In this document: positions 30,836 through 46,363 of the stretch, piece by piece | Layout of the letters: each line of letters begins with the position of its first letter | Numbering within the stretch: the stretch's first letter is position 1 | Source of the DNA: the human T2T-CHM13v2.0 reference genome, Homo sapiens | NCBI RefSeq assembly: GCF_009914755.1 | Contig: NC_060926.1 | Length of the DNA: 64,000 bases | Strand: one strand, 5' to 3' | Position numbers and translations under genes: made by a program | The notes under the pieces: model-generated | Database searches by the model: none | What the model was told of the DNA's origin: nothing | What the model saw: only the letters and a program-made list of their open reading frames with translations

Positions 30836-33415
30836 TAAGAGGAGTTTATGAATAGCTCACTATGTGCCAACCTTTATACCAATCCCTTTCAATATACACT
30901 ATCTCCTTGAATCACCCAAAGTAGGGTTACTTATCCCCATTCTAGAGTTGTGGAAACTGAGGCTTGGAGGTCACTGACTTGCTTCTGCTCACCTACCTGG
31001 TTTCGGGGCAGAACTGAACTGAGTCCCAGGTTTGTTTGGTTCTGCTACACCTACTGTCAGCAGTGAGAACAGAGCATTTTAATAGAAACGCTGGGACTAT
31101 TTTAGTCTTCCTCATTGTTGAAAAACAGCAGGTGATCTAAGACAAAGCCCTCACCTGGAGAGACTCTTCAATGACCTCTTCCCCAGAGCTGCTTTCAGGT
31201 GGTTGCAACTGGTTACAAAATCCGGGGGCAGTCCTCACTCTCAGAACAAGTCTTTTTCTTAGCGGTGTGTTATCCCTCTCCAACGAGCAAAAGCTAATGG
31301 AGGACAGGCAGACCTGGGTCAGTTGCATTTGGAGGAGACTTGAAAGCCAGCACCACCACCTTCCTTTCATTCTGAGCGCTGTTGACCAAAGCCTGCCAGT
31401 AGGGGAGGGGAGACCCATGGACCAGAGCTCTCCCTCCTTCTGGGTCAGTCCTGGCCAGTTAGATTTGCATGTGTGAGGCCTGAAATAATAAAAATGGAAG
31501 GCAAGTGTTCCCTGATCCTAGAAACTGAACAAATGGGCGGATTCTGTGAGATCCGCAAAGGCAGGTACAACCTACTGGAAACCAAGAGGCTTTTGAAAAC
31601 TTAGGGTAAGTACAGCTGAAAGGATTTCCAAAACGGAACACGCTGGTGTTCATCCAGATCAAGTGACAAACTGTTACCAGTGCTTCCAGAGTCCTGCCTG
31701 GGCCCTTCAGTCACCACAACCCCCGGTCCGTTATGTTCACCACTCCCCTGACCTCTGACCCCAGAGAGTCGGTTTGCCTGTTTCTGCTCTTATGTAAATG
31801 TAGCCATGTAGTGTGTATCCTTTTGTGCCAAGCTTCTTTCATCCAGTGTAATGTTTCTGAAAGCATTTGTTCATATTGTGAGTTGTCTATCGCATTTCAC
31901 TGTGGGCAGACACCACAATTTGTCTGTTAGCTGTCTGGTTTTAACATACTTCTGATTAGTGTCACTTTCTAGGCTGGATGGGAACCAAATATGGTTTAAT
32001 GCAGCCACCTCTTTAAAGATGGGGCCACTCCATAAATTTCATTTCATGCAACTAATGTCTAGGAAACATTCTTTCTCCTTCTTTATCACTCTCTTTTATG
32101 TGGATATATTTGTAGAACTATTTAGGCTCTGATCAGCCTTCACCGTGCATGGTTCTGGAAAAGGTACTGGACCAAGCCTTAGAAAGAGGAGTTTCTGCAA
32201 CTGAATGTTATCATTGATGAATCCATTCCAATGGCATGGAATTAGTAACACCTGCCCTGCCTCCTCCCAGGGCTACTCTGAGGATCAAATGAGATAGAGC
32301 AGATATTATACAAGACCATATGATACAGCTTCATAAAAAAAAGACACACATGTATTCTATTTGGGAAAAAAAGGCTATAGTATACCATTATGAGTAGTAA
32401 TGTTATAAAAGAATTTTTCTTATCTTTGCATTTTTAAAAATCCATATATTCAACATGGAAAATGTTTTACTTTAAAAATAAGAAATATGCTATCAAAGTC
32501 AAATAATATCTCTAGAAAAGCATTGAGATCTATAAATTACAAAATAAATGAAAGCCATTATATATTGCTTGATTGGCTCATAAGGAAGACTGGCTGGTTT
32601 TTTAAAAATAGAACTTTACTTTTTTGTAATCTATTTGGCAAAGCCAGAACAAAAACAGCTCCTGCTGAAAGATTAAAAGAAAAATAAAGTGCTTCACAGT
32701 TCAGGCTGCCAAGAGATAAATGGGGTCTACAATTCCTCACATTACCTTTCTTAACAAGGAGGCGGTTGTTGAACATGAGGATTGGTTACCTGTCTGAGAA
32801 GTGCCTGTGGGCTGTGCTTTTTCATCCTCTAGGTGGTTCTTAGGCATTATGATGATATGGGAACAAAATAAGGTCTCCCACGAAAGCAGAGTCGACAAGA
32901 GTCACGCCTTGAATTGAAGGTGAGTACACCTAACAATGGGTGGAAAACTCTTCTCATCTCAGTGGATAATTCAGAACAAAAGAATAGTCTCACTCTCTAG
33001 GGCTTGACGATCCCAGTTTCCATTGACCTTTACTTGGAAAATCCAAGTGAAGTATGTAAAAAGAGGTGATATTATTGAACTTTTTTGTGTGTTTTTTTTT
33101 TGGCGGGGGAGTATGCTTTGGCATTTGAGACTGGTTTTTCAACCTAAGAAGCCTCTTATTATTATTCCCAAAGGTCCACTTTTAAAATAATCATTGTTTA
33201 AACATAGTGTCTCTTATATAACAGCCGCCTCTATGTCATCTGGGAGCTCCTCAGAAACACAGAATCTTAGACCCTGCCTCAAACCTCAAACCTACTGTAT
33301 CAGAATCTGTATTTTAAGATCACCAGTGGATGCATGTTAAAATTTCAAAATCCCTTCTCAATAACAAAATTTAGGAAAATATAGGAAAGGTAGAGAGAAG
33401 GACAGTTTTGGTGTA

Positions 33416-33792
33416 TGTATTAGTTCATTCTCACACTGCTATAAAGAACTACCTGAGGCTGGGTAATTTATAAAGAAAAGAAGTTTAATTGACTCACAGT
33501 TCCACATGGCTGGGGAGGCCTCAGGAAACTTACAATCATGGCGAAAGGCAAAGGGCAAGCAAGTACATCTTACCATGGCGAAGCAGGAGAGAGAGAGCAA
33601 GTGAAGGCAGAAGTGCCACACTTTTAAACCATCAGATCCAGATCTCATAAAAACTCACTTACTATCACGAGAATAGAATGGGGGAAATCTGCGCCCATGA
33701 TCCAATCACCTCCCACCAGGAACCTCCCCTGACATGTGGGGATTACAATTCAACATGAGATTTGAGTGGGGGCACAAATCCAAACCATATCA
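33416..33792 (-). mobile_element. THE1D/MSTA-like MaLR solo LTR
   Basis: tgtattagttcattctcacactgctataaag...ccaaaccatatca; TSD gtgta/gtgtt. Confidence 0.9.
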
Positions 33793-34655
33793 GTGTTTGC
33801 CTCCTGTTTTTCCTCCATGCGTTGATTTCTTTTTACATAGTCATCGTCACCCTGCTGTACAGTTTTGCAGCTTGGTTTTCACTTAACCTCATCATAAGCA
33901 TCTTTATGTGTTATCACATCCTTTTTCATAAACATTTCAAATAGTTGCCCAATCGTCCATTAAGCAGAGGTTCTCTGGTTAATTATATTTAATTTCTTCT
34001 AGTGAGATGCTTGGGTGATTTAATTTTTTTATATTGTAAGTAACTTAGCAATAAAAAACTTTGTGTCTAGGAAATTACATATTTAGGATTTCTTTTTTCT
34101 TGGAGAAATTCCCAGAAAAAAAGTTGAAAAGTAAAGCCTTCTTCTTTATTATAAAATGAGTATATTCTTATTATAAAAAGTTATTAAAATCTGAGAACAT
34201 GAATTTTTAAATGTGATAAATTTGCATAAACCTACACACAAATAGGTGTGTGTAAAAACTCATGAAATCTGAATAAGGTCTATAGTCAAGCTAACAGCAT
34301 TGCACTGATGTCAACTTTCTGGGTTTGATGCTGTACAATATTATGCTTCTGAATGTATTCATTCATACTGTTGTGAGTAGTTGGAGAACCTTTGTTCTCA
34401 TTAGACTATCATATTCCATTGTGTGTCTATACCACACAAGATGTAACCATTGGAAGAATCTGGGAGAAGGATACATGGGGTTTTCTGTATTATTTTTCCA
34501 AATTACAGTGAGTCTGTGATTATTTTAAAATAAAAGGTTAAAAAATATGAGAGAGAGAAGGAAAAAAAAGCCCATCACTCAAGCACAAACCCTGTTAAAG
34601 TTTTGATATATTTCTCTTCAACCTTCTGTTATGCATGGTCAAAAATTGTAATGCA

Positions 34656-35055
<400 letters not shown>

Positions 35056-37727
35056 CTAAAATAACTAGAAGACAGTGATGAGTTCTGAGAGGACTGTGGC
35101 TGCTGTGCAGACAGGCTTGAGGTGGCTGAGGAACCCCTAAGGAAAACATGCAGCGCCCATCGACTTTCCAGCTCTGCTCCCTGCAAGCCATTTGTTCACT
35201 TGCTCCATGCACCCGTTCCATTTCTTCACTGAATTGCTCTGAGGAACCTGTGAAAATGCAGGGTTTTTTGACAACGGTATAATTGCTTTCAGGGGGTGTA
35301 CACGGAAGCCAAAACAAACAAACAAACAAACAAAGGTCCTTTAGCTAAATGCCTAGCTCTAGCTCATAGCTGTATTTGCAGAAAGGATACCAAGAAAAAG
35401 ACTGAGGTGGTTGCATTTCATTAATGCCCCAACTCCTAATGGGAAGCACTTGAGTCAACAGCACTGGAGAACACGCAAATTCCCTTTCAATTCCACATCT
35501 TGTGCATGCTCACCTGCCAGCCTCATCTCCATGACAACCAAAGAGCCTTCTTCAAAAATCAGCTCAAATGGCACTACCTATGAGACCCTGGCTTCAGCAA
35601 GCCACAGGGCCATGACATGCCCCCTGCCCTGTGCCCCCTGCCCTATGCTCCCATATATCTGACCTGCTGCTGATGTTCTGTAATTTTTCTACGTGCTGGG
35701 CTTTCTCCCCATAGACCCTGAAGCCTTGATGTGTTTCTCCCTTGTTAGACACCTCCTGCAGTCTCCCACGCATTTAGAAATAGGTTCTCAACAGGTGTTT
35801 GTTGATGCAGGGAAGGAAGAAAGGAAAGAAGGAGGGAAAGAAGGAAGCAGGGAGAGAGGGAAAGTGGAGAGGAGGGAAGGGATTCCATGGGTGTGAAGGC
35901 AGTTAAAGCAGCTGTGCCCCATCTTTCAGAACATCTGCAGCTCTCTTGTGGCCATCACTAACATTCATCTCCTCCTCCCTCTGAGCCTGGCATCAACATA
36001 TCAACATGGTGTAATAAGCAGCCTTCTGGTGTTGCCTTGGAGGCTTCCACTTCGGTTCTTATTCACCCTATTCTCAGACAAGCTATAGCTAATGCCAACC
36101 AGAGAGCAACTGGCCCCTTGTGGTTTCACCACTGGGCCTGCTCTTGGGCAGAGAGAAGGACCAAGCAAGTTACACCCTCAAGAGAGCATACTGGTTTTGC
36201 CCATTTGGGCGATGAGGTTCATTCCTGAGGGATTGCTTAGCGTGAGATGTGGAGATAGGGCTTGGGCCCAGTTCTAGCTTTGGCCATTTCCATGACCTTG
36301 AACCAGGTGCTACAGTAACAAGACTGCTTCTGCAACTAGAAATTACATGGGTCTACAAGGTCCTTCTGTTTTTCCAGCTCTGAGATGGAGGATTCATTGG
36401 CAGCAGGTACAGGTCAGAATCCCAAAGGTGGGAGTCAAGGATGTTTGATTTCACCAGAATTCCAGGGCCTGGGGCAGGCAGGGCCAAGGTCAGGCCGACC
36501 TTGGCTGGACATGGTCCATTAGAACTAAAGGAACCAGACCTCTCCAGGCTATTTTGGATCACCAGGACCAGTCCAGCCAAGTAGGCCTTCTGTCCTAGAT
36601 GGTTGAAAATGGTTATCTACCTTGACTTTGCAATAGGATGGCCTGGGGGAGCTTAAGAAAATGCTGAAGGCTGGGTTCACCCCATAAACTCCTTCTCTGC
36701 AGAGTTGATTTACCCACTAGGCACGGTGCCTAGAACACACAAAAGGTTTACATTTCCCTTGAAATCAAATGAAGAAAACAGACTTTTACGTCAAAGAAGA
36801 GGTTTTAATATGCAAAATTAACATATTTTTCTTTATACCAAAGCAGTCATAAAATGTCTCAATATATTTTTACAGATGAAGGAGCCCTGGAAACTCATAC
36901 TGTAGCCCTGGCCAGGGGTGCCCCACTGTGGCATCAGGAGTTTTGAAAGCTTCCCAGGTTGTTCTAATATGTAGCCAAGGTTGCAAACCACTGGTTTTAA
37001 GGGTGTCCAAGTGACTTCCTATGCTTAAATAGGTCTACCTGGCCTCCCCTGAGTCTTGCTAGAAATTTCAATTTTAGAGAAATTATAATTAATTGAAAGT
37101 AAAAAGTTTTAAATTAAATTGGAACCTGGTTTCTAAAGTCCTCATTCAAATACTTATCAAATGTTGCAGTTACCAGAGACTGAGTAGGCTTTGAAAAAGT
37201 GCATTTAATGTGTGAATAGAGGCAGGAGAGATTACTGGTGGTAGTACAGGCAGTTGGCATCCCCAGGCAGCTGGGGGTGTCTGCTCAGGCTAAGAAGGGG
37301 GGCTGCTGATGGAAAGAAACCCAAGTGGCCACCTGGACAGCCAGTGGGCCCTCCTATGTCCATGGGCTCCAGGGACTTCCAAAGCTTTCCTTGTTAGATC
37401 TGAAGCAGCCTCAAGGCAAGCAGGGTGATGGATTGATCATTATTAACCCACTTTCAAGGTCAAGTTTGGGCCACACATCACAACAGGCCGACTGCCCACC
37501 AGCCAGGCAGTGTCCTGCAGCACGGGTGACTTTGCTAACTTCAGACCCTGTATTTCAGTTAAAGCAGAAGATACTGTCAGACTGTGTTTGGGGAGAAAAT
37601 GAAAACATTCTCTCACTCTTCACCAGCTTTTGAAGACCAGCATTGAAAATTGCCATGATTTTCATAATGGTACACTGATCCCAGGGCAGCCATGTCTGAA
37701 ATGTTCAGGTAGAAGAAGCAACAAGTG

Positions 37728-37782
<55 letters not shown>

Positions 37783-38324
37783 CAACATGCTGTTTAATGA
37801 GCCCCTGGGTGCAGGTGGGCTGAGGCCTAAAATGACATCAGCCCCAAGGAGGACGGGACAGGGGTTTTATAGTCCTCTGTAAACAGGAAGTGTCCCAGTC
37901 TGATGTGATTGCTACGTAGTACCCGGATGGCCTCCTTCTCAATCTTCAGGGGTACGTGTCTTCCAGCCAGGGTAGGTATCTTCTGGCTGGCTCTCTTCCT
38001 GATTCTGCTATCTTGCTGACACACGCTGCTGACTCACGTGGACTTGTGCCTTTGGACTGGGCCTGAGAAGGGAGGAGATACTCATCCCTTCAAACTTTCA
38101 GGCCCCAGAGAGAATCTTTCATTCCTATTTGGTTATAGAAAAAAGGGAAAAGGGGCAACTTTCTCAATAACTACTGCAGGTGTGACATAGGGGGTGGCGT
38201 GGGCACCTTGGAAAAAGAAAACCTTAATTTTTTGGGTATTCTTGAGAGACGGGTTGGTATCCACTGTGTCACTGTAGCAGAAGCAACGTCTGAATTGTCT
38301 GGTGGTTAACTGTAGTTTCAACAA

Positions 38325-38438
38325 GTTTTAATGGCTTTTATTATCAATGTTTTAATGGCTATTATCAATGTTTTAATGGCTATTATCAATGTTTTAATGG
38401 CTATTATTTAATTATTATCAATGTTTTAATTATCAATG
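38325..38438. repeat. 21-bp AT-rich tandem repeat near the env 3' end
   Basis: About 5 copies of gttttaatggctattatcaat, the terminal ones degenerate. Confidence 0.9.
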
Positions 38439-38516
38439 GGATAACACAGGAGAAACAGGAGGAGCCCAATGATGAAGATTACTGTCCCTACCCATGTTTT
38501 AAATCCTCCTAAATTA

Positions 38517-38843
<327 letters not shown>

Positions 38844-41800
38844 TTAGAGAACCACCCTCCCAGAAGGTTTGCCAGGTCCCATCCCTTCCAGGTTTGAGTT
38901 GGTACTTGGGCTACTTTTCTGATGTTTGAAGCAATTTCTAGAACTGCTTTTTCCATTATCATCTATGTTAAAACAGCAATTAGAGACATTAAACTTACCA
39001 CAGACCCCACCTTCTTCTGCTAATAAGTAGTCTAGTGCTAGTCTGTTTTGATAAATTGTCAGGTGCATTTGGTTTTGTTGTTGCGTGAGCATTTCCAGGG
39101 CTGAGGTGGTTTGGTTAGTGATTATCTCTAGAACCACCTGTAGTCTAATTATTCTATTTAGCATAAATATGAGAGTATGATAACCCCATGAACCATCCTC
39201 TGCCCAAGTGACAGAACTGTAATATTTGAATGTCCGCTGCGGAAGCCATTCGTCCTCTTGCCATCTTTGGCTTCCTCCTACCTTTAAGGATTGTTTTTCT
39301 CTGTTTAAGGTATCATACACAGGGACTCCCAGTATGAGCAACAAGTGATTTTTGGCCTTCCCTTTAGGAACAGGATCTCCGGCAGGGTCCACAGGGCTCC
39401 ACCCTGGCTGCAGGACAACAGCTCCATCTTTTGGACAGCGATGGGATTTGCTTAGGGGCCCAGAGAGTATAGACACTGCCCTCTGTCTCCTCACTTCCAC
39501 TGCCCCTACCCACTGCCCAAGAAATGAAAAAGAAAGAGAAGAAAAAGGGAGACAGGCAGCTCTCCAGCGTGGAGATCATCAGTCTTGCTTCTCCTTCCCT
39601 GCAAGACTATATGACTTGCATTTGCCATTGTGGAAAATTTTACAACATAGTGGAGAGAAAATAAATACTTCAACTTTTTTTTTTTTAATTTAAAGGTGAG
39701 CATAACACTAAGAGGTTAGTGTGAAGTGTGATGCCATTCCCAAAGACCTGAGGGCCTCGTGAAAAAAAAAAAAACTACGTACATTTGAGTAAACCTCTGT
39801 CATGAGAGCAGAATAATCACAGAATATTGAAAGGAACTAAATATGGTATTTCAGCCAGTCAAGAAGTTACCTCCTTGATCTCTAAAATAGCCATCTCCAT
39901 TTCATTCTGAACACAATTTTTATCATTAAAAATTTCTGAAGCTGTAGTTCCATTATATGTATCTATTTCTTTAGAAAGTATATCAATGAACTATGGCACA
40001 CATGTCTTGTGTACACTGTAAAGCCTACAAAAACAGAAATGAGAATGTGACATAGAAAGAAATACAATTCTTCTTTCCCACCACGCCCCAGAGGAGAGTC
40101 TGGCACCTCCCGCAGAGTGTGCCTTTCACGTGGAAACCACAGGGCAATACTGTGTGAGTCCAGCCAGCCCATGGAGGATGGAGTGGCAGGCCCTCTTGCA
40201 TCTTCACTAGAAATGTGGGACATATGGATGCACATTTAGCAAGAAGATGTTGCTGGAAGAAAGGCAGGCCACTCTAGTTTTGCCAGTGCCAGGTCTCTGA
40301 GATTCGGGGGCTCACCAAATACCATGCCAGCCCTCCATTTGCCAGCCTGGTACAGCTGGGCCAGGTCGCTGCGTCCCCCATGGAAGGCGGGGGAAGCACT
40401 GGTGACCACGCGGGAGCCTCAGGACCCAGAGTGCACAGAAGGGGCCTCTGCCCTGCATTAGGCTGGAAGTGAATGACAAATAAACATTCGTTGTACTAAC
40501 CCACAGAGACATGGGGAATTAATTGATAATTGGAGCAGGATCACACCTATTCTGACAAATACACGCAGCAAGTCTAGCTGATGAGAACTGGAGGCCAAGC
40601 TTTGGAAGATCAGTTATGTCCACTTGCAGCACGTAGAGGTGCTAGGGACACAAAGGAAGTGTCCCTAACCAGAAAGAACCAGGAAGACACAAACTATCTG
40701 CTAGTACAGTGCACCACCAGTCTGGTTATTCATAGGTTGGTGTGTCTGCACGTAAAAACAGTATCTTCCCTGAATATGAATGTGTTGGTGTTGTTCTGTT
40801 CAAAGCATTTCCATGTTTATTGTTTCATTTGGCTAGCAAGTATATATATTCATTCACATGCAAAAATCCATGCAGACTTGGGAACAAATTGTATGCCACC
40901 TCTAATGAAGACTTCATTAAGGTTGTGACAAGTATGTTGGTGACTCCGCTCTTTCACTGCCTCCAGCTCCCTTCATGAGGACCACCTTGGGAACCCCTGA
41001 AATCCTGCTGATGCTGAAAGCTGGAAAGTGACCCTCAATATCAGTCACATGGAAATCCCTGTGCAGTTATGTTGGATCGATCCTGCCAAATAAACATTCT
41101 GGACTTCTGAATTGAAGGTTCCCCTCTTCTAGTTGTCAGCAACACCACCATAATAACAGCAGATACAGTTACATGCCAGGTACTACATGAGTGTGCTCTC
41201 TAACTTGCAAGAACCCTCTGAGGTAGATGGTATTATCTTTATTTTATAGATGGGAAAACCAAGACTCAAAAACAAGAAGTAGTGACATAAAAGGTGAGGT
41301 TCACTCATATCCAGGGTGATGGGATATGAGGGTGGCGGGAATGTAGTTGGAAGTCCCATTACAACCCCTGAGCCCTAGGTGGCCACACCACCCCCTTTCT
41401 CCTCTGTCCCCAGCAAGAGCCTTTCTCTACGTAAGTTTCTGGAGAGATGGCCACCTCTTCTCGGCATTCAGTGTCAGGATGCCAGAGCCCCCACCATGCA
41501 GAAGCCCACTGAGCTGGGGACTTGAATGAGCTGGAGCAACAGGAGCTTCCCTAGAGAGCGAGGTAGGCCCTCTGCAGCCCATGTTACCTCCACCTTCAGC
41601 TGCTGACTCAATGTGCACAGACAGCAGAGGAAACTAATGCACCTGTCCTTTTTTTTCACTTGCTAGTGTCCTGTACAAAAATGATAACACCTACTTTTGA
41701 AAGCTTTCTAAGGCAAATGCTGAGAAGATCAATGCAAAATGTTACCAGGAGGAAGTCTCCCTCACTAAGGTGTCTGAGGGATACATTAGTTCCAAAACAG

Positions 41801-43999
41801 TCTCCAAGTATCTCTTTAGAAGTTTACATTGCCCTAGTGGTTATAGTTTTTTAAAACCATTCAAAAATAGCACGAAAGGAAGTAGATGACTTCTAAACAA
41901 ATGGTGAAAGTGAGTTAATTGAATGTGGTTCCTGTTTGTTTACACTCAGGCTTAAAGGGGAAAGAAAACCAACATTGATTTGTAGGGGGGCCACCATGAC
42001 AAGATCTGTGCTGTTCATTTTGTGTGCATGAGCTGATGAAACCATGCTGAGTATTGGCTATTATCACCCCCATGCTACAGACAGGGGGAATCGAAGCTGC
42101 CTTGCAGGTGGTGGAGCCGGTATTGGAATCCAAAAGCAGGCACTGTGGTTTGCCAAGAAGCAATTCAGCTGCAGCCCCTTTCACAGCAAAATGCCAGGAG
42201 GTGTCATCGAAGCCTGAGTTCTGACTGCCCTTGCTGGGTGCATCTCAGACCAAGAGCAAAAGAGACGTGAGGAATCAAGGTCTTCCTGGCTCCCTTTGCT
42301 GCACCTGGGTTCAGAGGAGAGCAGGGTCATGTCACTGTGATATGCAGGAGGCTGATGCACAGGAACAGAGTGGAGGCAACAGGCAGATGGATACCCTATC
42401 CCCTCCTGAAGCCCAGGAGGGAGCCCATGGGCAGGCGGGGGAACAGGGCGCCCTGAGGTGTTCTGGGCTCATTCCGAGGACAGGTGCTTTCTTCAGGGGG
42501 AAGATAACATGCACAAGTGTTAGATGTGACATTTTCACAACATTCGCATTCTTGCGCAGGGCATGGCATGCCCTGGCTTTGAGAGGAGCAGGAGCCCAGG
42601 GCCCCCACATTCTGTGGATGCCTTCTCTCCAGGTCCGATGCCATTGCCTTTTCTATGCGAGAGGGAAGAACTGGACCTAAAAGGAGAAGTCTTTCCATGG
42701 CTCGTTGGACAGCAAAACCCAAGCTGACCTGACGTAAGACTATTTCTCATTTTCACTGATCCCACTGGGAGTGAACATGCAGACATTTCCCTGCAGCATA
42801 TTCATGAGTTTGGTGATGCGTGCTGCCCCAGCCACCCCTCCACCAGGGTGTCATGTAAAATAGCACATGCAGCATGCTACTCTTCCAGAGCTGCAGTGTT
42901 CTCGATTCCGAAAATGCTTAAGGCTTTGGGTAAGGGCTTGTGGACCTGGGTGGGAAAGAGGTACCTAAAGTTCCCATTTCACAACCCAGGAATCAACTTC
43001 CAGTAGGCTCTTTACTGAGGAAAATCAGGGCACCTGGCTAGAAAGCCAGCTCCGGCTGGCTCCCTCTCAATGGTGCTCCGTCCTCTGGATCCCAGTTTCC
43101 AACTTAGAAATGGGGACTTGGGCTTTGAGAAGGGTGGGGAGTGTGCCCAAGGTCTCTGGAGAGATTGTGGCAGAAGCAGCCCTAGAACCCGGGTCCTAGC
43201 TGGCAACCACGGCTCCTCCCACTCAAATGGATTCCTTTCCACGTCTGGGGTTTTCTCTCAAGATGCTGACATGCGAATTTGTCCTTCTCTTCATAAAATG
43301 CTGTGCTTGTGAGCCTGAAATCAGTCCTCTCCACTCCCTCTCAGGTGTCCACCAGGAGGTTGGCAGATGTCCTATATTTTCAGTTCCCTAGGTTGTCAGG
43401 CGGCCTTCATGCTGCACAAATCATCATGCCACAGAGGAACAACCCATGCAGTCACTCTAGAGACCCCTGGGCAGGGTTCTAAAGAAAGTGAGCCCCGATA
43501 AAGGAGGATGTGGGAAATTAAACTGGATTGCAAGGCATCCCCCTCAGGGCACGGGGCTGCAAGCAGGCTGCACCTTCTCGGCCCAGTTGTTAGCGGGCAG
43601 TGGGCAATTTGGAGGCCCCAGGTTCCTGCTTCCCATTTGCCTGGCCTTAATGGGCACTGTAATTATTAACAAAGATGGTAATTTCAGGATTGCTTGTAAT
43701 GACAAGAGGAAATCTGAAACAACCTCAGTGACCTTCAAAAGGAGACAGTGAAATGCATCATGAGACACCTATGAAATGGGAAATGAAGCAGCTATAAAAA
43801 TGAACTGTGACATTAATTGTGCCTATGGCTTGTAGAACAGTCTGTATCAAATGAGTCCCTCAGGTCTGGAAGTGGGCGGGGGTCCTCCAGGCTCCTCAAC
43901 GCCACTTGCGACCATTCTCCCTCAGTGCTCCCTAAAATCCTCCGTCTTTGAAGTTGGAACTGCTAGAATTCATGATTAGTTTTCTTTGCAGCCATCAAA

Positions 44000-45172
44000 T
44001 TCCTACCCTAAAGTCATTAGCCCCCTTTTTCTGGACATTTGAGCTCCTGGCCAACTCTCTCCATGCATGGAATCCTTCTACAATCTGGCCTTTCAGTTTT
44101 TGACCTCCTTTCCTCCTGTAATCAAGTTCTCCTCCCCACCTCAGCTCATGGTCATACCCTTAATGATGAAATTACCAAAAACTGCGATGCTATTTAGAAT
44201 CTTGATCTGGGGTGTTCCATTCTCCAGTAACCCCAGCTTATCTTTCCCATGCACTCCTCTCTTTCTCCAATTCCATTAACTTTTTAATCCCTTTCAAACT
44301 TACAACCCACACACACCTTCTACCACTTAGACACCCCTTCTAACCCATGGTCCCACCATCTTTTCTCCCTCTCCCCGGCCTCACTTCCCTCTTCCCCAGC
44401 CCTGATGGGCCGTAGTGCCAATCATTTTCCCATTCTTGTGTTAGCCTCTGTCCCTTTGTCTCTTTCTCAATTTGTCTCATTCAGCTAAATCCCAACCCTG
44501 GTTAAATCTGACCTCCCACCTCCTCTGTACCTGAGCCCAGAAGGTTAAATTCACTGGTCTCTGCCTCTGCCTTACCTTCCTACAGTCTGTGGTCACCTGC
44601 AGGCACAGTGATCTTTTTGAAGCTGAAGTCAGATCATGTTGTTTCTCTGTTCTGTATTCCTCAATGGTGTTTCATCTCTCTCAGAGTAAAATACAAGACT
44701 CTTCAAATGCCTCCCCTTTCCTGCCACCCAACACCTCTCTGACTCTCTCTTCCTGTTCCTTCCCCTCTGCCTTCTCTGCTCCAGGCATGCCAGCCTTGTA
44801 ACTGGTCCTTGAACTCACCAGATGTGTCTGCCCCAGGACATTTGTACCTGTGGGTCCTGCTGCCTGGAATGATTTTTGCCCTGGGTATTCACATGGTTTG
44901 CTCCTTCAGGTCTTTGCTCAAATGTTACCGTCTTAGTGCTGCCTTTCATAATCATTCTATTCAAAACTAATCCTCTCTCACTCTGCCTTTCCTTCTCCTT
45001 CTCCCTGCTTAATTTCCCCAGAACATTTAGTTTCTTCTCATATCTTACATAATTTTTCATTTATTAGGCTTATTGCTTTTCTCTCCAGATAAGTATGTAA
45101 GCTCTATAATGTCTGATTGTTTTGTTATTATATCCCCAGTGTGCAGCACACATAAATATCTGCTAAATGAAT
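44000..45172 (-). mobile_element. L2 LINE fragments
   Basis: aagtcagatcatg, tggtccttgaactcaccag, tctttgctcaaatgttacc, taaatatctgctaaatgaa. Confidence 0.65.
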
Positions 45173-45646
45173 ATTTCAAAATTATATAAACATATATATG
45201 CATACACACATGAACAAAATGCTAGAATATTATACTCTTGTGTAAGAATTTATGCTTTATATATGTAATACTTAAAATGTGAACAAACATGTAATACTTC
45301 TATGGTCTAAAAAATCAAGAAAATTAAAAACAAATATTTTCATGGGCTGCACCAGCTCCCTTGTTCCCTGCAATTCATATGGGGCTTCCCCAAAGAATGT
45401 GCACTCCCACAGGCTGCCTTAACAGAGGCCTGTCTCCCCATACAGGCCTGGGACCTCCAGCCTGCCCAGATCCACAGAGAAGCCCCTGGCTCCTTGCCTG
45501 AAGGGTTTGACCTGGAGAGGGAGGGGGCAGTTGAATCCAGGATGAGGTCTCCTTGCATGGGCAAGCCCCAGAAAGAACCCTCATGTTCCCCTCTGGAGAG
45601 TTGAATGAAGAACAGTCTCTTCAGCACCTGTGCCTTGGGAAGATGG

Positions 45647-46004
<358 letters not shown>

Positions 46005-46046
46005 TAGCCAGAACTTTTGTACTCAAAAGTAAAAGGTGCACACAGT

Positions 46047-46363
<317 letters not shown>

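Noticed and set aside
38844-39500. 218-aa ORF reading from flank through the TSD into env TM as a chimeric gene
   Set aside because: It starts at GTG, has no signal peptide or ATG before the TM heptad, and frameshifts after DDNGK; no sign of expression.
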